Below are positions 9,003-17,813 of a stretch of DNA of 44,020 nucleotides, in pieces. This DNA is from Gammaproteobacteria bacterium (lineage in GTDB: Bacteria > Pseudomonadota > Gammaproteobacteria > Pseudomonadales > Halieaceae). The notes beneath the pieces are model-generated. The model made no database searches and was not told the DNA's origin. It saw only the letters and a list, made by a program, of their open reading frames with translations. Position 1 is the stretch's first letter. Every line of letters starts with the position of its first letter. The stretch spans positions 1 through 44,020 of the forward strand of contig JAPUKZ010000073.1 in the NCBI GenBank assembly GCA_027295405.1. The letters are read 5' to 3'. The position numbers and the translations under genes were made by a program.

Positions 9003-10081
9003 GATCTCTCTGTGGCGATACGAACGATCTGCCCGGGTACAACCCGGTGTACACCGCTGGCTACCAGCAAATCACCGTCGTGCAGGCCGCCTTCCACAAA
9101 GGCCTCACGTTCGCCGGCGTAGCGCAGTTGCAAGTCCCTGCTCTCCACCCGGAACAGGTCTTTTCCTACGGGTCGTAACAGGTAGACCCGCCACAAACCT
9201 CGCAGGCTGGCGGAGAGAGCAGATAGGGGAATGGTAAATCCGGTATTGCCGATACGATCGGGCAGTTGTAATTGCACCAGACTGCCGGAGAGGGCGCCTT
9301 CAAGCTCCAACCCGATGCGCACCTTGACCGTATGTGATCGCGATTTAAGTTCGGCGCCGACGGCAAGAACCTTGCCGCCTATGAGTTCCTTGCCCACTAT
9401 CACGCTGACCTCGTCTGCGGGCTGCAATTTCCCCGCCAGTTCCCGGGGTACACCAATGTGCGCTTCCAGGCGGCCGGTTTCGAGAACGCGCAATACCGGC
9501 AAGCCCGGCGCAGCGGCGCTGCCCTGTTCCAGAAAGCGTTCGCCGATGACGCCGGCAAAGGGCGTGTACAAGTGGGCCTTTTCCTGCTTGACCTGGTTTC
9601 CATCCAGCGCTGCCCGTAGTTGCCGGATTCTGGCATCCACCGCGTCGCGAGCAGCCTCCAGTTCATCCCGGTGCTGGCGCGAGGCATAACCGTCTGACTC
9701 CAGCGAGGTCTGCCGCAACAGGTTGGCGCGGGTGAGGCGCAGATCAGCCTGGGACTCTGCCAATTGTGCCTGTAACTGGCGCCGTTCAATTTCCAGCAGG
9801 GCCGTATCCAGTTTGGCCACCAATTCGCCGACGTCCACCTGGTCACCTTCGTTGACGAGGATGTTCTCGATGGTGCCGGAAAATTCGAAGGCGATTTCCG
9901 CCCGCTGGGCGGGAAGCACGACGCCGGTGAAACTGCGGGTGAGCTGATAACCCGGTTGTGCGGAAATACGCACGGCTTCCACCGGCAGGTAGATGATCTC
10001 GCCGCTTTCCTCGCTGTTGGCCTGGCAACCAGCGATTATGGGTAGAGCCAGGATGGTGAGAAACGATGACAGCCTGCTCAT
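8999..10081 (-). CDS. RND efflux periplasmic adaptor (membrane fusion protein), lipoprotein
   Basis: Lipobox IIAGC, a coiled-coil hairpin region (LEIERRQLQAQLAESQADLRL), and a position directly upstream of the RND permease. Confidence 0.9.
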   Translation of the reverse strand: MSRLSSFLTILALPIIAGCQANSEESGEIIYLPVEAVRISAQPGYQLTRSFTGVVLPAQRAEIAFEFSGTIENILVNEGDQVDVGELVAKLDTALLEIERRQLQAQLAESQADLRLTRANLLRQTSLESDGYASRQHRDELEAARDAVDARIRQLRAALDGNQVKQEKAHLYTPFAGVIGERFLEQGSAAAPGLPVLRVLETGRLEAHIGVPRELAGKLQPADEVSVIVGKELIGGKVLAVGAELKSRSHTVKVRIGLELEGALSGSLVQLQLPDRIGNTGFTIPLSALSASLRGLWRVYLLRPVGKDLFRVESRDLQLRYAGEREAFVEGGLHDGDLLVASGVHRVVPGQIVRIATERS

Positions 10082-10100
10082 GATTGATTCCTCTATATAA

Positions 10101-10149
10101 TGGACTGGCTAGTCCAGTAATTAGCAGATATACTAGACTCCTAAGTCTA
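10101..10149. promoter_or_regulatory. Two related 6-4-6 palindromes; probable TetR operator pair in the divergent promoter
   Basis: TGGACTggctAGTCCA (10101-10116) and TAGACTcctaAGTCTA (10134-10149) have centres 33 bp apart. They sit in the AT-rich gap between the adaptor start (10081) and the TetR start (10168). Confidence 0.55.
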
Positions 10150-10167
10150 ATAATTCAAGGCGTTTGT

Positions 10168-10782
10168 ATGGCGACACGTGGCCGACCTAAATCGGATCAA
10201 AAAAGACAGCAAATACTGGATGCTGCAGGGGAGCTTTTTGCTCTTCAGGGCTATGAGGGTACCAGTCTCGATGCGTTGGCGGCGGCGGCCGGGGTGTCCA
10301 AGCAAACCATTTACAGTCACTTCGAGAGTAAGGCGGACGTACTGCGCGAAGGTGTGGCGCGGCGTTGCCGCAGCGGCTTGTTAACGGCAGAGCACCTGGA
10401 CTTCGATCTACCACCGCAGCGGTTTTTGCCGGAGTTTGCGCAGCGCTTCATCAATGTACTGTTGGATGATACGGCTTTAAGTATTTACCGCTTGTGCCTG
10501 AGCGAATCGAAGCGCCATCCCGAGGTCGGCATTTCCTTTTACGAGTCCGGCCCGAAAGTAGTGATGGCCGCGATGAGTGAATATTTGCGCCTGGCCACGG
10601 AACGCGGGGAGTTACACGTGGATCACCCTGAAATTGCCGCCGCCCAGTTTCTGTTTATGGTGAAGGGCAAGCCGGTTGACTCCGCCCTGCTCGGTGTGGC
10701 CGATTGGCCGGAAGGCAGCACCCATGAGGAGTACACACGTGGGTGCTGCGAGATGTTCCTGCGCGCCTACAGCGCCAGCTGA
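10168..10782 (+). CDS. TetR/AcrR family transcriptional regulator
   Basis: N-terminal HTH (ILDAAGELFALQGYEGTSLDALAAAAGVSKQTIYSHF). Transcribed divergently from the MFP-RND operon. ATG 10168 is preferred over the upstream TTG extension. Confidence 0.9.
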   Translation: MATRGRPKSDQKRQQILDAAGELFALQGYEGTSLDALAAAAGVSKQTIYSHFESKADVLREGVARRCRSGLLTAEHLDFDLPPQRFLPEFAQRFINVLLDDTALSIYRLCLSESKRHPEVGISFYESGPKVVMAAMSEYLRLATERGELHVDHPEIAAAQFLFMVKGKPVDSALLGVADWPEGSTHEEYTRGCCEMFLRAYSAS

Positions 10783-10875
10783 TTTGCAGGGCTAGCCATC
10801 CCGGAAATCCGATCAGGCGTCATGAAATGTGTTCGCGCGGAGTCCGCCTGCGAGGGCGCTCTCAGCTGGACTGTA

Positions 10876-11217
10876 TTACCACCAGAGCCAGCCCGGTCCG
10901 CGACCTACGGCGCAGTCTTGTTCCGCGACATCTATGATGCCCTGCACATTATTCTCATCGCGGAGTCGCGAGAAGTGGTCCCTGCCAGTCTGGTAGCGTG
11001 CCTGGTTGAGGCTGTTGCTAACGACGGTTTCACTGACAATTTCGTTCCAGACCAGCCACAGGTTGACCCGGGACAGGCCCTTGACCGGGAATTCACCCAG
11101 CGCCTTGACGATGTAGCCCTGGCACCAGGAGTAGTCTTCGTCCGCAGAAGCTGCGGCGCAGCAAACTAGCAGGGCGGTCACTAGCGAAAGTCGATGTATC
11201 ACGGGGTTGCTCCTCAT
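10876..11217 (-). CDS. Small secreted hypothetical protein
   Basis: Signal peptide MRSNPVIHRLSLVTALLVCCAAASA. Hand-counted GC3 is 58/80 for this frame versus 48/80 for the overlapping plus-strand ORF. Confidence 0.5.
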   Translation of the reverse strand: MRSNPVIHRLSLVTALLVCCAAASADEDYSWCQGYIVKALGEFPVKGLSRVNLWLVWNEIVSETVVSNSLNQARYQTGRDHFSRLRDENNVQGIIDVAEQDCAVGRGPGWLWW

Positions 11218-11301
11218 TATTGGTCTTGCTGAATAATAACGAACCTGACCGGGAATGAACATCCGCTGTGCCTGCCGTGATTGGCCTGAGCAGGCGCGGT
11301 A

Positions 11302-11898
11302 TCATTCCTCCGCTTTCAGTACCGCCTCCACGAAATCCAGGCGATCCTGCCCGAAATACATTTCACCGTCCAGGAACATGGTGGGGGCGCCAAACACGCC
11401 GCGAGCAACGGCCGCGTCAGTGTTGGCGATCAAGCTGGTCTTTACTTCGTCTTCAGCGGCTTTGGCCAGGATGGCTTCGGCATCCAGTTCTGCTGCGGAC
11501 AAAACCTCGATTACAATAGCTTTTTCGCCCATGTTTTTTCCTTCGGTCCAGACGCCCCTGTAGACCACATCCACATAGCGCTCAAAGCAGTCCAGTCGGT
11601 GGGCAGCAATCGCTCCGCGCATCAAGGTCAGGGAATTGAATGGAAAGTGGGGGTTGAAGAGCAGGTCAACACCATAGCGCGTGGCAAAACGCGGCAAATC
11701 GTGTTCCAGCATGTAACTGCCCTTGGCGGGCACGGTTATCGGTGAGGTGTTACCGGTGGCCTTGAACACACCGCCCAGCAGCATGGGCCGGTAATCAATG
11801 TTCAAACCATAGGCCGCGTTGAACTGCAGTAGTCGCCGGTAGGCCAGGTAGGAGGTAGGACTACCGAAGTCGAAATAGAATTCTACTGTTTTACTCAT
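11302..11898 (-). CDS. 2-hydroxychromene-2-carboxylate isomerase / DsbA-like thioredoxin-fold protein
   Basis: N-terminal VEFYFDFGSPTSYLAY is characteristic of the HCCA isomerase/DsbA family; the size (198 aa) also fits. Confidence 0.8.
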   Translation of the reverse strand: MSKTVEFYFDFGSPTSYLAYRRLLQFNAAYGLNIDYRPMLLGGVFKATGNTSPITVPAKGSYMLEHDLPRFATRYGVDLLFNPHFPFNSLTLMRGAIAAHRLDCFERYVDVVYRGVWTEGKNMGEKAIVIEVLSAAELDAEAILAKAAEDEVKTSLIANTDAAVARGVFGAPTMFLDGEMYFGQDRLDFVEAVLKAEE

Positions 11899-11938
11899 CT
11901 TGCTCTCCTGTTACCTCTTGCCTGCTACCTTCTACCTG

Positions 11939-12184
11939 TTACCGGGGCTCTGCCCGGGGGCGTATATCCAGCTCGAAGGTCCAGGCGTTGCGCGGCTGGT
12001 TGTACAGCATAACGTAATTGGCCGCCAGGTCATCCGGCGCGACAATCCCTTCCCGACTGTTCCGTTCCACAAAGTCGGGAATATTCTCCCAGATCTTGTA
12101 AAACTTGCGGCTGTCGGTGTCAAGAATCCCCATGGGTACGTTGGCGCCGACAATCAAAGCCACTTTTTCACTGCTATGGGCCAT
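11939..12184 (-). CDS. Small hypothetical protein (81 aa from ATG 12184; a GTG at 12247 would give 102 aa)
   Basis: Hand-counted GC3 is 58/81 for this frame versus 48/81 for the same-phase plus-strand ORF. It ends 40 nt upstream of the isomerase gene. No family recognised. Confidence 0.45.
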   Translation of the reverse strand: MAHSSEKVALIVGANVPMGILDTDSRKFYKIWENIPDFVERNSREGIVAPDDLAANYVMLYNQPRNAWTFELDIRPRAEPR

Positions 12185-12325
12185 CGCGCTGAATCTCTCG
12201 GGTTTGTTGCCAAGATTAGAGTATGCCGAGCCGTCAATAAAGACCACCTATGCGGGGCAGGCCGGGAACTAGCAGCAACAGCCAGGGTCCACTCGAAAGT
12301 GCTTCCCGGAACCTATGGAGTTCAG

Positions 12326-12817
12326 ATGACTGGCCAGATTGACATTAAACGATTTTTTTTACTCATTATCCTATGGGGATGTTTGCTGCCCGGCCTTGTC
12401 TCAGCTGAAACCGCGCCGCGCTTCAGCCTGCGCGACAGCAGTGGTGATGAGGTCAGTTTGTCCGATTTTCAGGGGCAACCCCTGGTACTGCATTTCTGGG
12501 CGACGTGGTGCCCCTATTGCAAAAAACTTCAGCCCGGCCTGCAGCGCCTGGGTCGGGATTATAAAGAGGCGGGCCTGGTGGTGCTGGGGATCAGCTTTTC
12601 CGAGGATGATGGTGCGCAGCCGCAGGCTGTCTTGAGGCAGCGCGGGCTTAGTTTCACAACCCTTATCGAAGGTGATTCGGTGGCAAGCCTTTACGCTGTA
12701 CGCGGCACTCCCACCACTTTTTTCATTGATCGCGAAGGTAACATTGTCGCCGTCACCAACACTTCCGACCCGGATGATCCGGTACTGGAAAAACAGGCGC
12801 GTGCGATTTCTCGCTAG
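12326..12817 (+). CDS. TlpA-family thiol:disulfide oxidoreductase (periplasmic redoxin)
   Basis: Signal/anchor sequence (FFLLIILWGCLLPGLVSA), the WATWCPYC CxxC motif, and GGAG 5 nt before ATG 12326. The long upstream extension of the ORF is rejected. Confidence 0.88.
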   Translation: MTGQIDIKRFFLLIILWGCLLPGLVSAETAPRFSLRDSSGDEVSLSDFQGQPLVLHFWATWCPYCKKLQPGLQRLGRDYKEAGLVVLGISFSEDDGAQPQAVLRQRGLSFTTLIEGDSVASLYAVRGTPTTFFIDREGNIVAVTNTSDPDDPVLEKQARAISR

Positions 12818-12820
12818 TGG

Positions 12821-15800
12821 TCAGCTCCCGGCCTGGTCATGTAACCATCTATCCAGCAGCGAGTAAGCCACCGGCACCACCAGCAGGGTCAGCAGGGTCG
12901 AGCTGACCACACCGCCGATCACCGCCACCGCCAGCGGGCCATACTGGCCGGAACCTTCCCCCGCCCCAACGGCGGCGGGCAACATCGCGAGTATTATAGT
13001 GAGGGATGTCATCAGCACCGGACGCATGCGTCGGGGGCAGGCTTCGCGAATGGCTGGGACGGTATCCAGACCCTGGGAGCGATACTGGTTGATCAGGTCC
13101 ACCAGCAGTATGGAGTTCTTGGAGACCAGACCCACCAGCAACACCATGCCGATCATGGAAAACAGGTTGAGGGTGTCGCCCGTTAACCACAGGGCCACAA
13201 ACCCCCCAACCACCGCCAGCGGTTGTGCCAGCATCACCAGCAGCGGCTGCAAGAAGGAATTAAACTGGCTGGCCAACACCATGTAGACGAGGATGAGCCC
13301 GGTCACGATCAGGAAGATGATGCTCCCGCCGGTTTTTTCCATTTCATCAGCCTGGCCTACCAACACCACCTGGTAGCCGGCTGGCAGCACCTCAGCCGCT
13401 ATGCCGCGGAATATCGAGACGGCTTCTCCCAGGTCTGTGGTGGGTGTGGCAAAGAACCCGGCGGCGAAATTCAGCTGCAGCCGCGAGATGGTGGCCGGCC
13501 CCAGAGTTTCCTGCAGGTCAACTACGGCGCTCAATTGCACCAGTTCCCCCCCGGGGCCGCGCAGGTAAACATTCTCCAGATCCCGGAAATCCCGCATACC
13601 CTCTCGCTTCGCGGCCAGGCGTACAGCGTAGCGCTCGCCATCGCCGGGCAGTTCATTGAACTTCGCGATATCCGCACCGCCAGCCAGCACTCGAATGGTG
13701 TCGCCAATCTGCTGCGTGCTGATGCCCAGGGCCTGCGCCCGGTTGCGATCAATGGTGAAGGATAATTGGGGGCGATTCAGCTTCAGCCCCACGCGCAAGC
13801 CATCGAAGCCTTCTCTCCGGGACAATTGCTCGAGCATCTGTTGCGATAGTCTGGCCACCTCATACAGGTCGGGACCGGTGATGTAAGCCTCAAAGGGTGA
13901 GTCGCCCATGGCTTCGAACATGGGGAATACCGACACATAGGCTTTCACGCCCGCGACAGCTGCCAGCTCTTGTCGCATCATTGGCAGGAACGCTTGTTGG
14001 GATATCTGGCGCTGGCCACGCTCCACCATGGTGATCTTCAACGAGGCCTTGTTGACCTCGTCGCCGCGGGCGGAACCGACGGTGCTGAGCACTTGCTTCA
14101 CCTCAGGGTGTGCCCGCAGTATGCGCTCGGCCTGATCGATCTTGTCCACCATATAGTCTATGGATGAGCCCAGCGGTGCCTCAAGCTTGACCAGGAAACG
14201 GGATTCATCATCTTCCGGGAAGAACTCCGTACCCAACTGAGTCACAAACCAGGCGCTGGAAGCGACCAGCAGGGTGGCGCAGAGTAGAACCGTCCAGCGA
14301 AATTGCAGGCACGCTTGCAGTAGCCAGCGATAGGCTGACTCGAGACCGGTGTGGAATTGGCTGATCTTTCCAGTCACCACGCCGCGGCCGGCTTCACTAT
14401 TCTCCGGCCTGAGAAACCGGGCGCACAGCGCCGGCGTCAGAGACAGCGATACCAGCAGAGATGTGAGCACGCCGACGGTGACAACCACGGCGAAAGAGCG
14501 CATGAAAACCCCGACCATGCCATCCATGAATATCACGGTGGCGAAAATACACACCAGTGTCATGGAAGCCGCGAATACCGCGGATACAACGCCACGGGTA
14601 CCCTGCAAAGCCGCCTGCACCGGGTCAGTCACACCCTGTTCGTATTGCCTATGGACGTTTTCCAGCACCACGATGGCGTCATCGACCACCACGCCAATCA
14701 ACAGTAGTAAACCGCTCATGGTCAGCATGTTGAAGGTATAGCCACCGAAGTACATAACCACCACTGCGCCAGCCAGTGATACGGGAATGGCCGTAGAAAT
14801 AATCACCGTTGCCGGCAGGTTAAGCAGGAACAACCACACCACGAAGGCGGCCAATAGTATGCCCTCGATGATGTGTTCTTTCAGTGCGGTGACGATGCCG
14901 TCCACCACGTCGGCTTCATTGGTCGCTATAATGAGTTCCACACCATCGGGTAGTTGTGGACGAATGGTGGACTCCAGCCGGCGCTCCATTTCCCTGACGA
15001 TGGCAACCGTGTTGGCGCCCTGTATCTTGTTGATCGCGATGGCCACGCCTTCTTCGCCATCGAGCCGGGCCAGGCTGCGTTTGTCATCCAGGCCGTCGTT
15101 GACGGTGGCAATGTCTCGCAGTTTTACCGGTACCTGATCGCGCCAGACCACCACCAGGTCGCCCAGTTCGGCAACGCTATGGTATTCAAGGTCGAGATGC
15201 AGCAATTTCTCCAGCATGCCACCCACCAGAAAACCACCGGGAATCTGGACATGCTCACGGGCAAATGCGGCTATAACATCCTGCGCGGTCAGGCCCAGCG
15301 CTGACAATCGCGCGAGATCCAGGTCCACTCGAATCTTGCGCTCACGTCCGCCCCCGACCAGTACCTGGCCGACGCCGCTGATATTTTCCAGCGACTTTTT
15401 AATCTGCTGTCTGGCCAATTGGTTCAGCTCACTGAGTGTGCGATCGCCCTTTATTATCAGCCAGGCCACGGGGGTGGCATTGGGGTCGACCTTGGCGACC
15501 ACAGGTACTTCGGCTTCATCGGGTAAGTCATTGACTATCTGGTTGATCTTGCCTTGTACCTCGTTAAACGCGATATCTGCGCTCTTGCTCAGTTCGAACT
15601 CAACAAACACCACGGATACGCTGGGCATGGAATCGGTTTGAATCTTGTCGACGCCCGAGATGCTGTTGATTGCTGACTCCACCAGGCTGGAGATGCTGCT
15701 ATCCATCACCTCCGGCGAGGCCCCGGGATTGATCGTGGTCACCGTTATCACGGGCGGTTCCACATTGGGATTGCGATCTACACCGATGCCACGCAGACCG

Positions 15801-15880
15801 ATTATCCCAAACAGAATGATGGCGGCACTGATCATATAGGCCAGCACGCGCCGTTCAACAAACAGGGCGATCCCGTTCAT
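12821..15880 (-). CDS. RND efflux transporter permease (AcrB family)
   Basis: 1019 aa with the typical RND topology and motifs (VVDDAIVVLENV). Follows an adaptor gene. Confidence 0.93.
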   Translation of the reverse strand: MNGIALFVERRVLAYMISAAIILFGIIGLRGIGVDRNPNVEPPVITVTTINPGASPEVMDSSISSLVESAINSISGVDKIQTDSMPSVSVVFVEFELSKSADIAFNEVQGKINQIVNDLPDEAEVPVVAKVDPNATPVAWLIIKGDRTLSELNQLARQQIKKSLENISGVGQVLVGGGRERKIRVDLDLARLSALGLTAQDVIAAFAREHVQIPGGFLVGGMLEKLLHLDLEYHSVAELGDLVVVWRDQVPVKLRDIATVNDGLDDKRSLARLDGEEGVAIAINKIQGANTVAIVREMERRLESTIRPQLPDGVELIIATNEADVVDGIVTALKEHIIEGILLAAFVVWLFLLNLPATVIISTAIPVSLAGAVVVMYFGGYTFNMLTMSGLLLLIGVVVDDAIVVLENVHRQYEQGVTDPVQAALQGTRGVVSAVFAASMTLVCIFATVIFMDGMVGVFMRSFAVVVTVGVLTSLLVSLSLTPALCARFLRPENSEAGRGVVTGKISQFHTGLESAYRWLLQACLQFRWTVLLCATLLVASSAWFVTQLGTEFFPEDDESRFLVKLEAPLGSSIDYMVDKIDQAERILRAHPEVKQVLSTVGSARGDEVNKASLKITMVERGQRQISQQAFLPMMRQELAAVAGVKAYVSVFPMFEAMGDSPFEAYITGPDLYEVARLSQQMLEQLSRREGFDGLRVGLKLNRPQLSFTIDRNRAQALGISTQQIGDTIRVLAGGADIAKFNELPGDGERYAVRLAAKREGMRDFRDLENVYLRGPGGELVQLSAVVDLQETLGPATISRLQLNFAAGFFATPTTDLGEAVSIFRGIAAEVLPAGYQVVLVGQADEMEKTGGSIIFLIVTGLILVYMVLASQFNSFLQPLLVMLAQPLAVVGGFVALWLTGDTLNLFSMIGMVLLVGLVSKNSILLVDLINQYRSQGLDTVPAIREACPRRMRPVLMTSLTIILAMLPAAVGAGEGSGQYGPLAVAVIGGVVSSTLLTLLVVPVAYSLLDRWLHDQAGS

Positions 15881-15883
15881 GCC

Positions 15884-16945
15884 CTAGTTGCCCTCGGCGA
15901 GCAGGCTACCGTCGGTGATCAGCGCCGCGCCTTCCACGACAACCCGATCATCCGGATTCAGGCCACCCAGCACCTCCACCCATTCGGCTTCTCGCCAACC
16001 CAACTTAACCGCTCGGGACTCCGCCCGGTTGTTTTTTATCACGAATACCACCTCTTCCTGGTTGCGCGTGACAATGCTGGTTGGGGGCACGGTGAGGGCC
16101 CCCGTTTTTTCTTCCACGATCAGCGTGGCGTCTACACTGGCGCCGGGCAACCAGCCGCCGGGGTTCTCAAATTCCACGGTCGCCTCAATGGCGCGGTTGT
16201 GGACGTTGATCTGCGGATTGATCCCTGTCACCTGGCCAATGGCCATGACGCCTGGCGCTGTGGGGCTGAGAAGGTGTACTTCTTTACCGATACTGATGTC
16301 GCTGGTGTTGCGCTCGGGGAAGGCGAGTCTTGCCCGCAGTTTTTGTACCGAAACAAGGTTAAAAAGCGGTGTACCCGGAGTGACGTAATCGCCCAGTGAA
16401 ATGTGTCTTCTGGCGATCAATCCCGCGTGCGGCGCCAGCACCCGGGTCTTCGATTCCATATGCAAGGCCCGTTCCCATTGCCGTTCCGCGCCATCCCGTT
16501 GCGCTTGCAGCATGGCCAGTTGAGCTTCCTGGTCTTCCAGCTGGTCTTTGGAGACAGACTGGGATTTTTCCAGGCGTTTCAGGCGCGCCACTTCCTTGCG
16601 CTGGTTTTCCAGCAGCACTGACTGCCGCTGTAACTCGGCTTTGGCCCTGCCGACTTCTATGTTGTGCAGGGTGTTATCGATCGATGTAAGCAGCTGCGCC
16701 ATGTCGACGGAATCTCCTTCCGACACCTCTACACTGATGATCTGGCCACGGGTCTCTGCGGAAATGGTCGGGTGCTGCATGCTCTCCACACTGCCCAGCG
16801 CAGTGAGTACGTAGTCAATGTCCCGCCGTTGTGCCTGGGCAGCGCGTACCCGCGTCGCGCGTTCAGTGGGGGTCGCCTCGGGTGGCTCGGAGTCGCTGCA
16901 CGCGAGTAGCAGGCCACACAGGACCAGGCTGGATAGTTTTTTCAC
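15884..16945 (-). CDS. RND efflux periplasmic adaptor (MFP), lipoprotein
   Basis: Lipobox LLLACS and a coiled-coil segment. The GTGA start/stop overlap with the upstream TetR gene indicates one operon. Confidence 0.9.
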   Translation of the reverse strand: MKKLSSLVLCGLLLACSDSEPPEATPTERATRVRAAQAQRRDIDYVLTALGSVESMQHPTISAETRGQIISVEVSEGDSVDMAQLLTSIDNTLHNIEVGRAKAELQRQSVLLENQRKEVARLKRLEKSQSVSKDQLEDQEAQLAMLQAQRDGAERQWERALHMESKTRVLAPHAGLIARRHISLGDYVTPGTPLFNLVSVQKLRARLAFPERNTSDISIGKEVHLLSPTAPGVMAIGQVTGINPQINVHNRAIEATVEFENPGGWLPGASVDATLIVEEKTGALTVPPTSIVTRNQEEVVFVIKNNRAESRAVKLGWREAEWVEVLGGLNPDDRVVVEGAALITDGSLLAEGN

Positions 16946-17523
16946 GGTGTCCGCACTCCTTTCAATAGCAAGGTGGTAATGTGGTCAGCCAGCACCGGCA
17001 GCTCACTGTGCTCCGATTTGCCACCGGGCATGAACGGGCTGAGTTTGCGGGCTTCGAGATGGTGAAACACCAAGCCCGCTACTGACATCATGGTGAGATG
17101 GCTGTCCAGGTGCGGCGCCAACTCTCGCATCAGGCCTTCAATGACATGTGACAGATCTGCAAAGACATTGGTCGCCAGTTCGCACAGCCGGATTTCATCG
17201 CCATCGAGCAGTTCGCGGAAATAAATGTGGCGAAAATGTGGATCGGCATCCAGCAGTTCCAGCAAGAGCTGAACCAGTGTTTTGAGGCGCTCTTCGGCGG
17301 GTAAGTCCGTCGCGAGTTGCTCCGTCACGCGCGTGGTTTTTTCTTCCTGAAGAAACTTCACTGCGGCGTAATAAAGCTGTTCTTTACTGGCGAAGTGATG
17401 GTAGATCGCCGCCTGGGTAATCCCTGCAGCCCGGGCAATCTTGCGCATGGAGGTGCCGGCGTATCCCTGTTCTGCAAACAGCTCCGCGGCGACTGTGAGC
17501 AGGCGTTCCCGGGTTGGTTCCAC
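16942..17523 (-). CDS. TetR family transcriptional regulator (first gene of the TetR-MFP-RND operon)
   Basis: HTH LLTVAAELFAEQGYAGTSMRKIARAAGITQAAIYHHF. GTG start at 17523. Confidence 0.9.
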   Translation of the reverse strand: MEPTRERLLTVAAELFAEQGYAGTSMRKIARAAGITQAAIYHHFASKEQLYYAAVKFLQEEKTTRVTEQLATDLPAEERLKTLVQLLLELLDADPHFRHIYFRELLDGDEIRLCELATNVFADLSHVIEGLMRELAPHLDSHLTMMSVAGLVFHHLEARKLSPFMPGGKSEHSELPVLADHITTLLLKGVRTP

Positions 17524-17535
17524 GCTTGACGAGGC

Positions 17536-17555
17536 CTAACTAAACGTTCGTTAAG
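17536..17555. promoter_or_regulatory. Imperfect 20-bp palindrome centred on AACGTT; candidate operator of the adjacent TetR
   Basis: CTAACTAAACGTTCGTTAAG matches its reverse complement at 12 of 20 positions and has a perfect AACGTT core. It lies 13 bp upstream of the TetR start. Confidence 0.25.
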
Positions 17556-17813
17556 ACGATAGTGCAAGCCTGTGCCCCAGTCAATGGCATTTCGGCGTTG
17601 CGGATTTTCCGGGTACCCAGCGCAGAGCCTTCGAATAGCTAACCGGGTCCGGCTGCTTTCTCCAGACAAAGCCTGTGTTTTTTGCCTGCGGGGCGTTACT
17701 CATGGTAAAGGCAAGGCTGTTATCAATAAGCGCTTGTCAGGCTGTCTCGAAGAGACTTGAAGCCTATGCCTCGGCTGCTAATGTCTAAGGACTGACCAAA
17801 AAAGGAGAAGCCT

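Noticed and set aside
10084-10167. An upstream extension of the TetR ORF.
   Set aside because: The extension runs through the AT-rich promoter/operator region. ATG 10168 gives the canonical distance to the HTH.
10822-11169. A 115-aa plus-strand ORF overlapping the small secreted-protein gene.
   Set aside because: Its hand-counted GC3 is lower (48/80 versus 58/80) and it has no signal or motif, so the minus-strand ORF with a signal peptide is preferred. Neither call is certain.
11900-12325. A 142-codon N-terminal extension of the TlpA ORF (ORF track start 11900).
   Set aside because: The extension has non-protein-like sequence and lower GC3 than the opposite strand. An internal ATG 12326 with a GGAG ribosome-binding site gives a normal signal-anchored redoxin.
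17524-17813. A 290-bp leader upstream of the ACAD gene, considered as a possible riboswitch or sRNA.
   Set aside because: I found no strong conserved-looking stem-loops or a terminator/antiterminator pair by eye. It is more simply a divergent promoter region with a TetR operator candidate.
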